Source: the human T2T-CHM13v2.0 reference genome, Homo sapiens. Taken from it: DNA of 64,000 nucleotides. The stretch lies in assembly GCF_009914755.1 (NCBI RefSeq), contig NC_060930.1. One strand, 5' to 3'. Position 1 is the first letter of the stretch; the number at the start of each line of letters is the position of its first letter. Below the pieces are notes generated by a model. It saw only the letters and a program-made list of their open reading frames with translations, was not told the DNA's origin and made no database searches. The translations under genes were made by a program, and so were the position numbers. This document shows positions 26,301 through 40,772 of the stretch, piece by piece.

Positions 26301-29300
26301 ACTAGACAGAATACTTCTCAGAATCTGCTTTGCGATGTGTGCGTTCAACTCACAGAGTAAAACTTTTCTTTTGATAGAGCAGTTTTGAAACACTCTTTTT
26401 GTAGTATTTGCATGTGTATATTTAGAGCGCATTGAAGCCCACAGTAGAAAAGGAAATAACTTCACCTAAAACCTAGACAGAAGCAATCTCAGAAACTACT
26501 TTGTGATGTGTACATTCAACTCACAGAGTGGAACTTTCCTCTTTATAGAGCAGTGTTGAAACACTCTTTTTGTAGAAACTGCAAGTGGATATTTGGACCT
26601 CTTTGAGGCCTTCGTTGGAAACGGGATTTCTTCCTATAACCCTAGACAGAAGAATTTTCAGAAACCTCATTGTGATGTGTGCGTTCATCTCACAGAGTGG
26701 AGTCTTCCGTTTGATAGAGAAGTTTTGAAACCCTGTTCTTGTAGGATTTCCAAGTGGATATTTAGACCACTTTGAAGCCTATGATAGAAAAGGAAACATC
26801 TTCATGGAAAACATAGATAGAATCATCCTCAGAAACAACTTTGTGATGTGTGCGTTGAACTCACCGTCTTTAACCTTTCTTTTGGTAGAGAAGTTTTGAA
26901 ACACTCTCTTTGTAAAGTCTACAAGTGGATATTTTGAGCCCTTGGAGGCATTCTTTGGAAAAGGGAATGTCTTCACATAAAAGGCAGACGGAAGTGTTCT
27001 CAGAAACTGCTTTGTGATGTCTGTGTTCAACTCACAGAGTTTAACATTTCCTTTGATAGAGCGGTTTAGTAACCCTCTCTTTGTAGAATTTGGAAGTGTA
27101 TACTAAGAGCGCTTTGAGGCCTATGGTAGAAAAGGAAATATCTTTCCATAAAAGCTAGACAGAAGCAATCTCAGAAACTCCTTTGCGATGTCTGCATTCA
27201 ACTCACCGAGTGGAACATTCCTCTTGAGAGAGCAGTTTGGAAACACTCTTTCTGTAGAATCAGCTTGTTTGTATTTGGACCTCCTTGAGGCCTTCGTTGG
27301 AAACGGGTTTTCATCTTATAAACCCAGACAGAAGAATTCTCAGAGTCTTCTTTGTGATGTGTGCTTTCAACTCACCGAGATAAAGATTTCTCTTGATAGA
27401 GCAATTTGGAAACACTCTTTTTGTAGAATTTGCAAGGGTACATTGAGAGCGCTTTCAGGCCTATGGTAGAAAAGGGAATATCTTTCCATAAAAGGTAGAC
27501 AGAAGCAATCTCAGAAACTACTTTGTGATGTGTGCATTCAACTCACCGAGTGCAACGTTCCTCTTGACCGAGCAGTTTGGAAACATTGTTTCTGTAGAAT
27601 CTGCAAGTGGATATTTGGACCTCTTTGAGGCCTTCGTTGGAAACGGGATTTCTTCCTATAAACCCAGACAGAAGAATTCTCAGAGACTTCTTTGTGATGT
27701 GTGAATTCAACTCACAGTGTGGATCCTTCCTTTTGATAGAGCAGTTTTGAAACCCTGTTTTTGTAGTATTTCCAAGCGGATATTCGGAACGCCTTGAAGC
27801 GTATGGTAGAAAAGGAAATATCTTCCCATAAAACCTAGACAGAACCAATCTCAGAAACGACTTTGTGATGTCTGCATTCAAGTCACAGAGTTGAACATTT
27901 CTCTTGATAGAGCAGTTTTGAAACCCTCTTTCTGAAGGATCTGCAAGTGGATATTTGGAACTCCTTTGGGTCTTCGTTGGAAACGGGATTTCTTCGTATA
28001 AATCTAGACAGAAGAATTCTCCGAAACTTCTTTGGTTGTGTGCATTCAAGTCACAGAGTGGAACCTTCCTTTGGATAGAGCAGTTTGAAACGCCGTGGTT
28101 GTAGTATTTCCAAGCGGATATTAGAGCGCCTTGAGGCCTATGGTAGAAAAGGAAATATCTTCCCATAAAACCTAGACGGAAGCAATCTCAGAAACTACTG
28201 TGTGATGGCTGCATTCCACACACACGGTGGAACATTTCTCTTGATAGAGCAGTTTTGAAACACTCTTTCTGTAGAATCTGCAAGTGGATAATTGGACCGC
28301 CTTGAGGCCTTCGTTGGAAACGGGATTTCTTCATGTTACTCTAGATAGAAGAATTCTCAAACACTGCTATGTGATGTTTGCATTCAAGTCACAGAGTGCA
28401 ACATTCCTCTTGGTAGAGCAGTTGGGAAACACTCCTTTTGTAGAATCTGCAATGGGATATTTGGACTTCTTTGAGGCCTTCGTTGGAAACGGGATTTCTT
28501 CGTATGAATCTAGACAGAAGAATTCTCAGAAACTTCCTTGTGATGTGTGCATTCAACTCAGCGAGTGGCACCTTCCTTTGGATACAGCAGTTTTGAAACA
28601 CTGTTTTTGTAGTATTTCCAAGCGGATATTTAGAGCGCCTTGAAGCCTATGCTAGAAATGGAAATATCTCCCCATAAAACCAAGACAGAAGCAATCTCAG
28701 AAACTAATGTGTGATGGCTGCATTCCACACACACGGTGGACCATTTCTCTTGATAGAGCAGTTTTGAAACACTCTTTCTGTAGAATCTGCAAGTGGATAA
28801 TTGGACCTCCTAGAGGCCTTCGTTGGAAACGGGATTTCTTCATCTAAACCTACAGAGAAGAATTCTCAGTAACTTCTTCGGATGTGTGCATTCGACGCAC
28901 AGAATGGAACATTCCCTTTGATAGAGCAGTTTTGAGACACCGTTTTTGTAGAATTCCCAAGTGGATATTTAGAGCACTTTGAAGTCTCTGCTAGAAAAGG
29001 AAACATCTTCATGTAAAAAGTAGATAGAATCGTTCTCAGAAAGTGCTTAGTGACGTGTGCGTTCAACTCACAGAGTTTAACGTTTCTTTTGATAGAGCGT
29101 TTCTGAAACACCCTTCTTGTAGTAGCTGCAAGTGGATATTTGGACCTATTGGAGGCCTTCTTTGGAAATGGGATTTCTTCATGTAACTCTAGATTGAAGA
29201 GTTCTCAGAAACTCCTTTGTGATGTGTGCATTCAATTCAAAGAGTGAAACCTCCCTTTTCACAGAGCAGTTTTGAAACACTGTTTTTGTAGGATTTCCAA

Positions 29301-29558
29301 GGGGATATTTATAGCGCATTGAGCCTACGGCGGAAAAAGAAACATCTTCCTATAAAAACTAGACAGAATACTTCTCAGAATCTGCTTTGCGATGTGTGCG
29401 TTCAACTCACAGAGTAAAACTTTTCTTTTGATAGAGCAGTTTTGAAACACTCTTTTTGTAGTATTTGCATGTGTATATTTAGAGCGCATTGAAGCCCACA
29501 GTAGAAAAGGAAATAACTTCACCTAAAACCTAGACAGAAGCAATCTCAGAAACTACTT
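17331..29558 (+). repeat. HOR units 7-10: four 18-mers
   Basis: 3057-bp period (17422, 20479, 23536, 26593, 29650). Unit 8 carries T at unit position 1284 (21671); the others carry C. Confidence 0.95.
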
Positions 29559-32109
29559 TGTGATGTGTACATTCAACTCACAGAGTGGAACTTTCCTCTT
29601 TATAGAGCAGTGTTGAAACACTCTTTTTGTAGAAACTGCAAGTGGATATTTGGACCTCTTTGAGGCCTTCGTTGGAAACGGGATTTCTTCCTATAACCCT
29701 AGACAGAAGAATTTTCAGAAACCTCATTGTGATGTGTGCGTTCATCTCACAGAGTGGAGTCTTCCGTTTGATAGAGAAGTTTTGAAACCCTGTTCTTGTA
29801 GGATTTCCAAGTGGATATTTAGACCACTTTGAAGCCTATGATAGAAAAGGAAACATCTTCATGGAAAACATAGATAGAATCATCCTCAGAAACAACTTTG
29901 TGATGTGTGCGTTGAACTCACCGTCTTTAACCTTTCTTTTGGTAGAGAAGTTTTGAAACACTCTCTTTGTAAAGTCTACAAGTGGATATTTTGAGCCCTT
30001 GGAGGCATTCTTTGGAAAAGGGAATGTCTTCACATAAAAGGCAGACGGAAGTGTTCTCAGAAACTGCTTTGTGATGTCTGTGTTCAACTCACAGAGTTTA
30101 ACATTTCCTTTGATAGAGCGGTTTAGTAACCCTCTCTTTGTAGAATTTGGAAGTGTATACTAAGAGCGCTTTGAGGCCTATGGTAGAAAAGGAAATATCT
30201 TTCCATAAAAGCTAGACAGAAGCAATCTCAGAAACTCCTTTGCGATGTCTGCATTCAACTCACCGAGTGGAACATTCCTCTTGAGAGAGCAGTTTGGAAA
30301 CACTCTTTCTGTAGAATCAGCTTGTTTGTATTTGGACCTCCTTGAGGCCTTCGTTGGAAACGGGTTTTCATCTTATAAACCCAGACAGAAGAATTCTCAG
30401 AGTCTTCTTTGTGATGTGTGCTTTCAACTCACCGAGATAAAGATTTCTCTTGATAGAGCAATTTGGAAACACTCTTTTTGTAGAATTTGCAAGGGTACAT
30501 TGAGAGCGCTTTCAGGCCTATGGTAGAAAAGGGAATATCTTTCCATAAAAGGTAGACAGAAGCAATCTCAGAAACTACTTTGTGATGTGTGCATTCAACT
30601 CACCGAGTGCAACGTTCCTCTTGACCGAGCAGTTTGGAAACATTGTTTCTGTAGAATCTGCAAGTGGATATTTGGACCTCTTTGAGGCCTTCGTTGGAAA
30701 CGGGATTTCTTCCTATAAACCCAGACAGAAGAATTCTCAGAGACTTCTTTGTGATGTGTGAATTCAACTCACAGTGTGGATCCTTCCTTTTGATAGAGCA
30801 GTTTTGAAACCCTGTTTTTGTAGTATTTCCAAGCGGATATTTGGAACGCCTTGAAGCGTATGGTAGAAAAGGAAATATCTTCCCATAAAACCTAGACAGA
30901 ACCAATCTCAGAAACGACTTTGTGATGTCTGCATTCAAGTCACAGAGTTGAACATTTCTCTTGATAGAGCAGTTTTGAAACCCTCTTTCTGAAGGATCTG
31001 CAAGTGGATATTTGGAACTCCTTTGGGTCTTCGTTGGAAACGGGATTTCTTCGTATAAATCTAGACAGAAGAATTCTCAGAAACTTCCTTGTGATGTGTG
31101 CATTCAACTCAGCGAGTGGCACCTTCCTTTGGATACAGCAGTTTTGAAACACTGTTTTTGTAGTATTTCCAAGCGGATATTTAGAGCGCCTTGAAGCCTA
31201 TGCTAGAAATGGAAATATCTCCCCATAAAACCAAGACGGAAGCAATCTCAGAAACTAATGTGTGATGGCTGCATTCCACACACACGGTGGACCATTTCTC
31301 TTGATAGAGCAGTTTTGAAACACTCTTTCTGTAGAATCTGCAAGTGGATAATTGGACCTCCGAGAGGCCTTCGTTGGAAACGGGATTTCTTCATCTAAAC
31401 CTACAGAGAAGTATTCTCAGTAACTTCTTCGGATGTGTGCATTCGACGCACAGAATGGAACATTCCCTTTGATAGAGCAGTTTTGAGACACCGTTTTTGT
31501 AGAATTCCCAAGTGGATATTTAGAGCACTTTGAAGTCTCTGCTAGAAAAGGAAACATCATCATGTAAAAAGTAGATAGAATCGTTCTCAGAAAGTGCTTA
31601 GTGTCGTGTGCGTTCAACTCACAGAGTTTAACGTTTCTTTTGATAGAGCGTTTCTGAAACACCCTTCTTGTAGTAGCTGCAAGTGGATATTTGGACCTAT
31701 TGGAGGCCTTCTTTGGAAACGGGATTTCTTCATGTAACTCTAGATTGAAGAATTCTCAGAAACTCCTTTGTGATGTGTGCATTCAATTCAAAGAGTGAAA
31801 CCTCTCTTTTCACAGAGCAGTTTTGAAACACTGTTTTTGTAGGATTTCCAAGGGGATATTTATAGCGCATTGAGCCTACGGCGGAAAAAGAAACATCTTC
31901 CTATAAAAACTAGACAGAATACTTCTCAGAATCTGCTTTGCGATGTGTGCGTTCAACTCACAGAGTAAAACTTTTCTTTTGATAGAGCAGTTTTGAAACA
32001 CTCTTTTTGTAGTATTTGCATGTGTATATTTAGAGCGCATTGAAGCCCACAGTAGAAAAGGAAATAACTTCACCTAAAACCTAGACAGAAGCAATCTCAG
32101 AAACTACTT
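29559..32109 (+). repeat. HOR unit 11: 15-mer deletion variant (2551 bp)
   Basis: 29650 to 32201 = 2551 bp; junction at 31058-31078. Confidence 0.95.
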
Positions 32110-35100
32110 TGTGATGTGTACATTCAACTCACAGAGTGGAACTTTCCTCTTTATAGAGCAGTGTTGAAACACTCTTTTTGTAGAAACTGCAAGTGGATAT
32201 TTGGACCTCTTTGAGGCCTTCGTTGGAAACGGGATTTCTTCCTATAACCCTAGACAGAAGAATTTTCAGAAACCTCATTGTGATGTGTGCGTTCATCTCA
32301 CAGAGTGGAGTCTTCCGTTTGATAGAGAAGTTTTGAAACCCTGTTCTTGTAGGATTTCCAAGTGGATATTTAGACCACTTTGAAGCCTATGATAGAAAAG
32401 GAAACATCTTCATGGAAAACATAGATAGAATCATCCTCAGAAACAACTTTGTGATGTGTGCGTTGAACTCACCGTCTTTAACCTTTCTTTTGGTAGAGAA
32501 GTTTTGAAACACTCTCTTTGTAAAGTCTACAAGTGGATATTTTGAGCCCTTGGAGGCATTCTTTGGAAAAGGGAATGTCTTCACATAAAAGGCAGACGGA
32601 AGTGTTCTCAGAAACTGCTTTGTGATGTCTGTGTTCAACTCACAGAGTTTAACATTTCCTTTGATAGAGCGGTTTAGTAACCCTCTCTTTGTAGAATTTG
32701 GAAGTGTATACTAAGAGCGCTTTGAGGCCTATGGTAGAAAAGGAAATATCTTTCCATAAAAGCTAGACAGAAGCAATCTCAGAAACTCCTCTGTGATGTC
32801 TGCATTCAACTCACCGAGTGGAACATTCCTCTTGATAGAGCAGTTTGGAAACACTCTTTCTGTAGAATCAGCTTGTTTGTATTTGGACCTCCTTGAGGCC
32901 TTCGTTGGAAACGGGTTTTCATCTTATAAACCCAGACAGAAGAATTCTCAGTCTTCTTTGTGATGTGTGCTTTCAACTCACCGAGATAAAGATTTCTCTT
33001 GATAGAGCAATTTGGAAACACTCTTTTTGTAGAATTTGCAAGGGTACATTGAGAGCGCTTTCAGGCCTATGGTAGAAAAGGGAATATCTTTCCATAAAAG
33101 GTAGACAGAAGCAATCTCAGAAACTACTTTGTGATGTGTGCATTCAACTCACCGAGTGCAACGTTCCTCTTGACCGAGCAGTTTGGAAACATTGTTTCTG
33201 TAGAATCTGCAAGTGGATATTTGGACCTCTTTGAGGCCTTCGTTGGAAACGGGATTTCTTCCTATAAACCCAGACAGAAGAATTCTCAGAGACTTCTTTG
33301 TGATGTGTGAATTCAACTCACAGTGTGGATCCTTCCTTTTGATAGAGCAGTTTTGAAACCCTGTTTTTGTAGTATTTCCAAGCGGATATTCGGAACGCCT
33401 TGAAGCGTATGGTAGAAAAGGAAATATCTTCCCATAAAACCTAGACAGAACCAATCTCAGAAACGACTTTGTGATGTCTGCATTCAAGTCACAGAGTTGA
33501 ACATTTCTCTTGATAGAGCAGTTTTGAAACCCTCTTTCTGAAGGATCTGCAAGTGGATATTTGGAACTCCTTTGGGTCTTCGTTGGAAACGGGATTTCTT
33601 CGTATAAATCTAGACAGAAGAATTCTCCGAAACTTCTTTGGTTGTGTGCATTCAAGTCACAGAGTGGAACCTTCCTTTGGATAGAGCAGTTTGAAACGCC
33701 GTGGTTGTAGTATTTCCAAGCGGATATTAGAGCGCCTTGAGGCCTATGGTAGAAAAGGAAATATCTTCCCATAAAACCTAGACGGAAGCAATCTCAGAAA
33801 CTACTGTGTGATGGCTGCATTCCACACACACGGTGGAACATTTCTCTTGATAGAGCAGTTTTGAAACACTCTTTCTGTAGAATCTGCAAGTGGATAATTG
33901 GACCGCCTTGAGGCCTTCGTTGGAAACGGGATTTCTTCATGTTACTCTAGATAGAAGAATTCTCAAACACTGCTATGTGATGTTTGCATTCAAGTCACAG
34001 AGTGCAACATTCCTCTTGGTAGAGCAGTTGGGAAACACTCCTTTTGTAGAATCTGCAATGGGATATTTGGACTTCTTTGAGGCCTTCGTTGGAAACGGGA
34101 TTTCTTCGTATGAATCTAGACAGAAGAATTCTCAGAAACTTCCTTGTGATGTGTGCATTCAACTCAGCGAGTGGCACCTTCCTTTGGATACAGCAGTTTT
34201 GAAACACTGTTTTTGTAGTATTTCCAAGCGGATATTTAGAGCGCCTTGAAGCCTATGCTAGAAATGGAAATATCTCCCCATAAAACCAAGACAGAAGCAA
34301 TCTCAGAAACTAATGTGAGATGGCTGCATTCCACACACACGGTGGACCATTTCTCTTGATAGAGCAGTTTTGAAACACTCTTTCTGTAGAATCTGCAAGT
34401 GGATAATTGGACCTCCTAGAGGCCTTCGTTGGAAACGGGATTTCTTCATCTAAACCTACAGAGAAGAATTCTCAGTAACTTCTTCGGATGTGTGCATTCG
34501 ACGCACAGAATGGAACATTCCCTTTGATAGAGCAGTTTTGAGACACCGTTTTTGTAGAATTCCCAAGTGGATATTTAGAGCACTTTGAAGTCTCTGCTAG
34601 AAAAGGAAACATCTTCATGTAAAAAGTAGATAGAATCGTTCTCAGAAAGTGCTTAGTGACGTGTGCGTTCAACTCACAGAGTTTAACGTTTCTTTTGATA
34701 GAGCGTTTCTGAAACACCCTTCTTGTAGTAGCTGCAAGTGGATATTTGGACCTATTGGAGGCCTTCTTTGGAAATGGGATTTCTTCATGTAACTCTAGAT
34801 TGAAGAGTTCTCAGAAACTCCTTTGTGATGTGTGCATTCAATTCAAAGAGTGAAACCTCCCTTTTCACAGAGCAGTTTTGAAACACTGTTTTTGTAGGAT
34901 TTCCAAGGGGATATTTATAGCGCATTGAGCCTACGGCGGAAAAAGAAACATCTTCCTATAAAAACTAGACAGAATACTTCTCAGAATCTGCTTTGCGATG
35001 TGTGCGTTCAACTCACAGAGTAAAACTTTTCTTTTGATAGAGCAGTTTTGAAACACTCTTTTTGTAGTATTTGCATGTGTATATTTAGAGCGCATTGAAG

Positions 35101-35164
35101 CCCACAGTAGAAAAGGAAATAACTTCACCTAAAACCTAGACAGAAGCAATCTCAGAAACTACTT
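32110..35164 (+). repeat. HOR unit 12: 18-mer with 2-bp deletion (3055 bp) and m5 variant alleles
   Basis: 32201 to 35256 = 3055 bp. GAATTCTCAGTCTTC near 32950 versus canonical GAATTCTCAGAGTCTTC. Same three m5 SNVs as unit 5. Private T>A at 34318. Confidence 0.93.
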
Positions 35165-38100
35165 TGTGATGTGTACATTCAACTCACAGAGTGGAACTTT
35201 CCTCTTTATAGAGCAGTGTTGAAACACTCTTTTTGTAGAAACTGCAAGTGGATATTTGGACCTCTTTGAGGCCTTCGTTGGAAACGGGATTTCTTCCTAT
35301 AACCCTAGACAGAAGAATTTTCAGAAACCTCATTGTGATGTGTGCGTTCATCTCACAGAGTGGAGTCTTCCGTTTGATAGAGAAGTTTTGAAACCCTGTT
35401 CTTGTAGGATTTCCAAGTGGATATTTAGACCACTTTGAAGCCTATGATAGAAAAGGAAACATCTTCATGGAAAACATAGATAGAATCATCCTCAGAAACA
35501 ACTTTGTGATGTGTGCGTTGAACTCACCGTCTTTAACCTTTCTTTTGGTAGAGAAGTTTTGAAACACTCTCTTTGTAAAGTCTACAAGTGGATATTTTGA
35601 GCCCTTGGAGGCATTCTTTGGAAAAGGGAATGTCTTCACATAAAAGGCAGACGGAAGTGTTCTCAGAAACTGCTTTGTGATGTCTGTGTTCAACTCACAG
35701 AGTTTAACATTTCCTTTGATAGAGCGGTTTAGTAACCCTCTCTTTGTAGAATTTGGAAGTGTATACTAAGAGCGCTTTGAGGCCTATGGTAGAAAAGGAA
35801 ATATCTTTCCATAAAAGCTAGACAGAAGCAATCTCAGAAACTCCTTTGCGATGTCTGCATTCAACTCACCGAGTGGAACATTCCTCTTGAGAGAGCAGTT
35901 TGGAAACACTCTTTCTGTAGAATCAGCTTGTTTGTATTTGGACCTCCTTGAGGCCTTCGTTGGAAACGGGTTTTCATCTTATAAACCCAGACAGAAGAAT
36001 TCTCAGAGTCTTCTTTGTGATGTGTGCTTTCAACTCACCGAGATAAAGATTTCTCTTGATAGAGCAATTTGGAAACACTCTTTTTGTAGAATTTGCAAGG
36101 GTACATTGAGAGCGCTTTCAGGCCTATGGTAGAAAAGGGAATATCTTTCCATAAAAGGTAGACAGAAGCAATCTCAGAAACTACTTTGTGATGTGTGCAT
36201 TCAACTCACCGAGTGCAACGTTCCTCTTGACCGAGCAGTTTGGAAACATTGTTTCTGTAGAATCTGCAAGTGGATATTTGGACCTCTTTGAGGCCTTCGT
36301 TGGAAACGGGATTTCTTCCTATAAACCCAGACAGAAGAATTCTCAGAGACTTCTTTGTGATGTGTGAATTCAACTCACAGTGTGGATCCTTCCTTTTGAT
36401 AGAGCAGTTTTGAAACCCTGTTTTTGTAGTATTTCCAAGCGGATATTCGGAACGCCTTGAAGCGTATGGTAGAAAAGGAAATATCTTCCCATAAAACCTA
36501 GACAGAACCAATCTCAGAAACGACTTTGTGATGTCTGCATTCAAGTCACAGAGTTGAACATTTCTCTTGATAGAGCAGTTTTGAAACCCTCTTTCTGAAG
36601 GATCTGCAAGTGGATATTTGGAACTCCTTTGGGTCTTCGTTGGAAACGGGATTTCTTCGTATAAATCTAGACAGAAGAATTCTCCGAAACTTCTTTGGTT
36701 GTGTGCATTCAAGTCACAGAGTGGAACCTTCCTTTGGATAGAGCAGTTTGAAACGCCGTGGTTGTAGTATTTCCAAGCGGATATTAGAGCGCCTTGAGGC
36801 CTATGGTAGAAAAGGAAATATCTTCCCATAAAACCTAGACGGAAGCAATCTCAGAAACTACTGTGTGATGGCTGCATTCCACACACACGGTGGAACATTT
36901 CTCTTGATAGAGCAGTTTTGAAACACTCTTTCTGTAGAATCTGCAAGTGGATAATTGGACCGCCTTGAGGCCTTCGTTGGAAACGGGATTTCTTCATGTT
37001 ACTCTAGATAGAAGAATTCTCAAACACTGCTATGTGATGTTTGCATTCAAGTCACAGAGTGCAACATTCCTCTTGGTAGAGCAGTTGGGAAACACTCCTT
37101 TTGTAGAATCTGCAATGGGATATTTGGACTTCTTTGAGGCCTTCGTTGGAAACGGGATTTCTTCGTATGAATCTAGACAGAAGAATTCTCAGAAACTTCC
37201 TTGTGATGTGTGCATTCAACTCAGCGAGTGGCACCTTCCTTTGGATACAGCAGTTTTGAAACACTGTTTTTGTAGTATTTCCAAGCGGATATTTAGAGCG
37301 CCTTGAAGCCTATGCTAGAAATGGAAATATCTCCCCATAAAACCAAGACAGAAGCAATCTCAGAAACTAATGTGTGATGGCTGCATTCCACACACACGGT
37401 GGACCATTTCTCTTGATAGAGCAGTTTTGAAACACTCTTTCTGTAGAATCTGCAAGTGGATAATTGGACCTCCTAGAGGCCTTCGTTGGAAACGGGATTT
37501 CTTCATCTAAACCTACAGAGAAGAATTCTCAGTAACTTCTTCGGATGTGTGCATTCGACGCACAGAATGGAACATTCCCTTTGATAGAGCAGTTTTGAGA
37601 CACCGTTTTTGTAGAATTCCCAAGTGGATATTTAGAGCACTTTGAAGTCTCTGCTAGAAAAGGAAACATCTTCATGTAAAAAGTAGATAGAATCGTTCTC
37701 AGAAAGTGCTTAGTGACGTGTGCGTTCAACTCACAGAGTTTAACGTTTCTTTTGATAGAGCGTTTCTGAAACACCCTTCTTGTAGTAGCTGCAAGTGGAT
37801 ATTTGGACCTATTGGAGGCCTTCTTTGGAAATGGGATTTCTTCATGTAACTCTAGATTGAAGAGTTCTCAGAAACTCCTTTGTGATGTGTGCATTCAATT
37901 CAAAGAGTGAAACCTCCCTTTTCACAGAGCAGTTTTGAAACACTGTTTTTGTAGGATTTCCAAGGGGATATTTATAGCGCATTGAGCCTACGGCGGAAAA
38001 AGAAACATCTTCCTATAAAAACTAGACAGAATACTTCTCAGAATCTGCTTTGCGATGTGTGCGTTCAACTCACAGAGTAAAACTTTTCTTTTGATAGAGC

Positions 38101-38221
38101 AGTTTTGAAACACTCTTTTTGTAGTATTTGCATGTGTATATTTAGAGCGCATTGAAGCCCACAGTAGAAAAGGAAATAACTTCACCTAAAACCTAGACAG
38201 AAGCAATCTCAGAAACTACTT
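35165..38221 (+). repeat. HOR unit 13: canonical 18-mer
   Basis: 3057-bp period with canonical alleles. Confidence 0.95.
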
Positions 38222-40772
38222 TGTGATGTGTACATTCAACTCACAGAGTGGAACTTTCCTCTTTATAGAGCAGTGTTGAAACACTCTTTTTGTAGAAACT
38301 GCAAGTGGATATTTGGACCTCTTTGAGGCCTTCGTTGGAAACGGGATTTCTTCCTATAACCCTAGACAGAAGAATTTTCAGAAACCTCATTGTGATGTGT
38401 GCGTTCATCTCACAGAGTGGAGTCTTCCGTTTGATAGAGAAGTTTTGAAACCCTGTTCTTGTAGGATTTCCAAGTGGATATTTAGACCACTTTGAAGCCT
38501 ATGATAGAAAAGGAAACATCTTCATGGAAAACATAGATAGAATCATCCTCAGAAACAACTTTGTGATGTGTGCGTTGAACTCACCGTCTTTAACCTTTCT
38601 TTTGGTAGAGAAGTTTTGAAACACTCTCTTTGTAAAGTCTACAAGTGGATATTTTGAGCCCTTGGAGGCATTCTTTGGAAAAGGGAATGTCTTCACATAA
38701 AAGGCAGACGGAAGTGTTCTCAGAAACTGCTTTGTGATGTCTGTGTTCAACTCACAGAGTTTAACATTTCCTTTGATAGAGCGGTTTAGTAACCCTCTCT
38801 TTGTAGAATTTGGAAGTGTATACTAAGAGCGCTTTGAGGCCTATGGTAGAAAAGGAAATATCTTTCCATAAAAGCTAGACAGAAGCAATCTCAGAAACTC
38901 CTTTGCGATGTCTGCATTCAACTCACCGAGTGGAACATTCCTCTTGAGAGAGCAGTTTGGAAACACTCTTTCTGTAGAATCAGCTTGTTTGTATTTGGAC
39001 CTCCTTGAGGCCTTCGTTGGAAACGGGTTTTCATCTTATAAACCCAGACAGAAGAATTCTCAGAGTCTTCTTTGTGATGTGTGCTTTCAACTCACCGAGA
39101 TAAAGATTTCTCTTGATAGAGCAATTTGGAAACACTCTTTTTGTAGAATTTGCAAGGGTACATTGAGAGCGCTTTCAGGCCTATGGTAGAAAAGGGAATA
39201 TCTTTCCATAAAAGGTAGACAGAAGCAATCTCAGAAACTACTTTGTGATGTGTGCATTCAACTCACCGAGTGCAACGTTCCTCTTGACCGAGCAGTTTGG
39301 AAACATTGTTTCTGTAGAATCTGCAAGTGGATATTTGGACCTCTTTGAGGCCTTCGTTGGAAACGGGATTTCTTCCTATAAACCCAGACAGAAGAATTCT
39401 CAGAGACTTCTTTGTGATGTGTGAATTCAACTCACAGTGTGGATCCTTCCTTTTGATAGAGCAGTTTTGAAACCCTGTTTTTGTAGTATTTCCAAGCGGA
39501 TATTTGGAACGCCTTGAAGCGTATGGTAGAAAAGGAAATATCTTCCCATAAAACCTAGACAGAACCAATCTCAGAAACGACTTTGTGATGTCTGCATTCA
39601 AGTCACAGAGTTGAACATTTCTCTTGATAGAGCAGTTTTGAAACCCTCTTTCTGAAGGATCTGCAAGTGGATATTTGGAACTCCTTTGGGTCTTCGTTGG
39701 AAACGGGATTTCTTCGTATAAATCTAGACAGAAGAATTCTCAGAAACTTCCTTGTGATGTGTGCATTCAACTCAGCGAGTGGCACCTTCCTTTGGATACA
39801 GCAGTTTTGAAACACTGTTTTTGTAGTATTTCCAAGCGGATATTTAGAGCGCCTTGAAGCCTATGCTAGAAATGGAAATATCTCCCCATAAAACCAAGAC
39901 GGAAGCAATCTCAGAAACTAATGTGTGATGGCTGCATTCCACACACACGGTGGACCATTTCTCTTGATAGAGCAGTTTTGAAACACTCTTTCTGTAGAAT
40001 CTGCAAGTGGATAATTGGACCTCCGAGAGGCCTTCGTTGGAAACGGGATTTCTTCATCTAAACCTACAGAGAAGTATTCTCAGTAACTTCTTCGGATGTG
40101 TGCATTCGACGCACAGAATGGAACATTCCCTTTGATAGAGCAGTTTTGAGACACCGTTTTTGTAGAATTCCCAAGTGGATATTTAGAGCACTTTGAAGTC
40201 TCTGCTAGAAAAGGAAACATCATCATGTAAAAAGTAGATAGAATCGTTCTCAGAAAGTGCTTAGTGTCGTGTGCGTTCAACTCACAGAGTTTAACGTTTC
40301 TTTTGATAGAGCGTTTCTGAAACACCCTTCTTGTAGTAGCTGCAAGTGGATATTTGGACCTATTGGAGGCCTTCTTTGGAAACGGGATTTCTTCATGTAA
40401 CTCTAGATTGAAGAATTCTCAGAAACTCCTTTGTGATGTGTGCATTCAATTCAAAGAGTGAAACCTCTCTTTTCACAGAGCAGTTTTGAAACACTGTTTT
40501 TGTAGGATTTCCAAGGGGATATTTATAGCGCATTGAGCCTACGGCGGAAAAAGAAACATCTTCCTATAAAAACTAGACAGAATACTTCTCAGAATCTGCT
40601 TTGCGATGTGTGCGTTCAACTCACAGAGTAAAACTTTTCTTTTGATAGAGCAGTTTTGAAACACTCTTTTTGTAGTATTTGCATGTGTATATTTAGAGCG
40701 CATTGAAGCCCACAGTAGAAAAGGAAATAACTTCACCTAAAACCTAGACAGAAGCAATCTCAGAAACTACTT
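38222..40772 (+). repeat. HOR unit 14: 15-mer deletion variant (2551 bp)
   Basis: 38313 to 40864 = 2551 bp; junction at 39721-39741. Confidence 0.95.
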
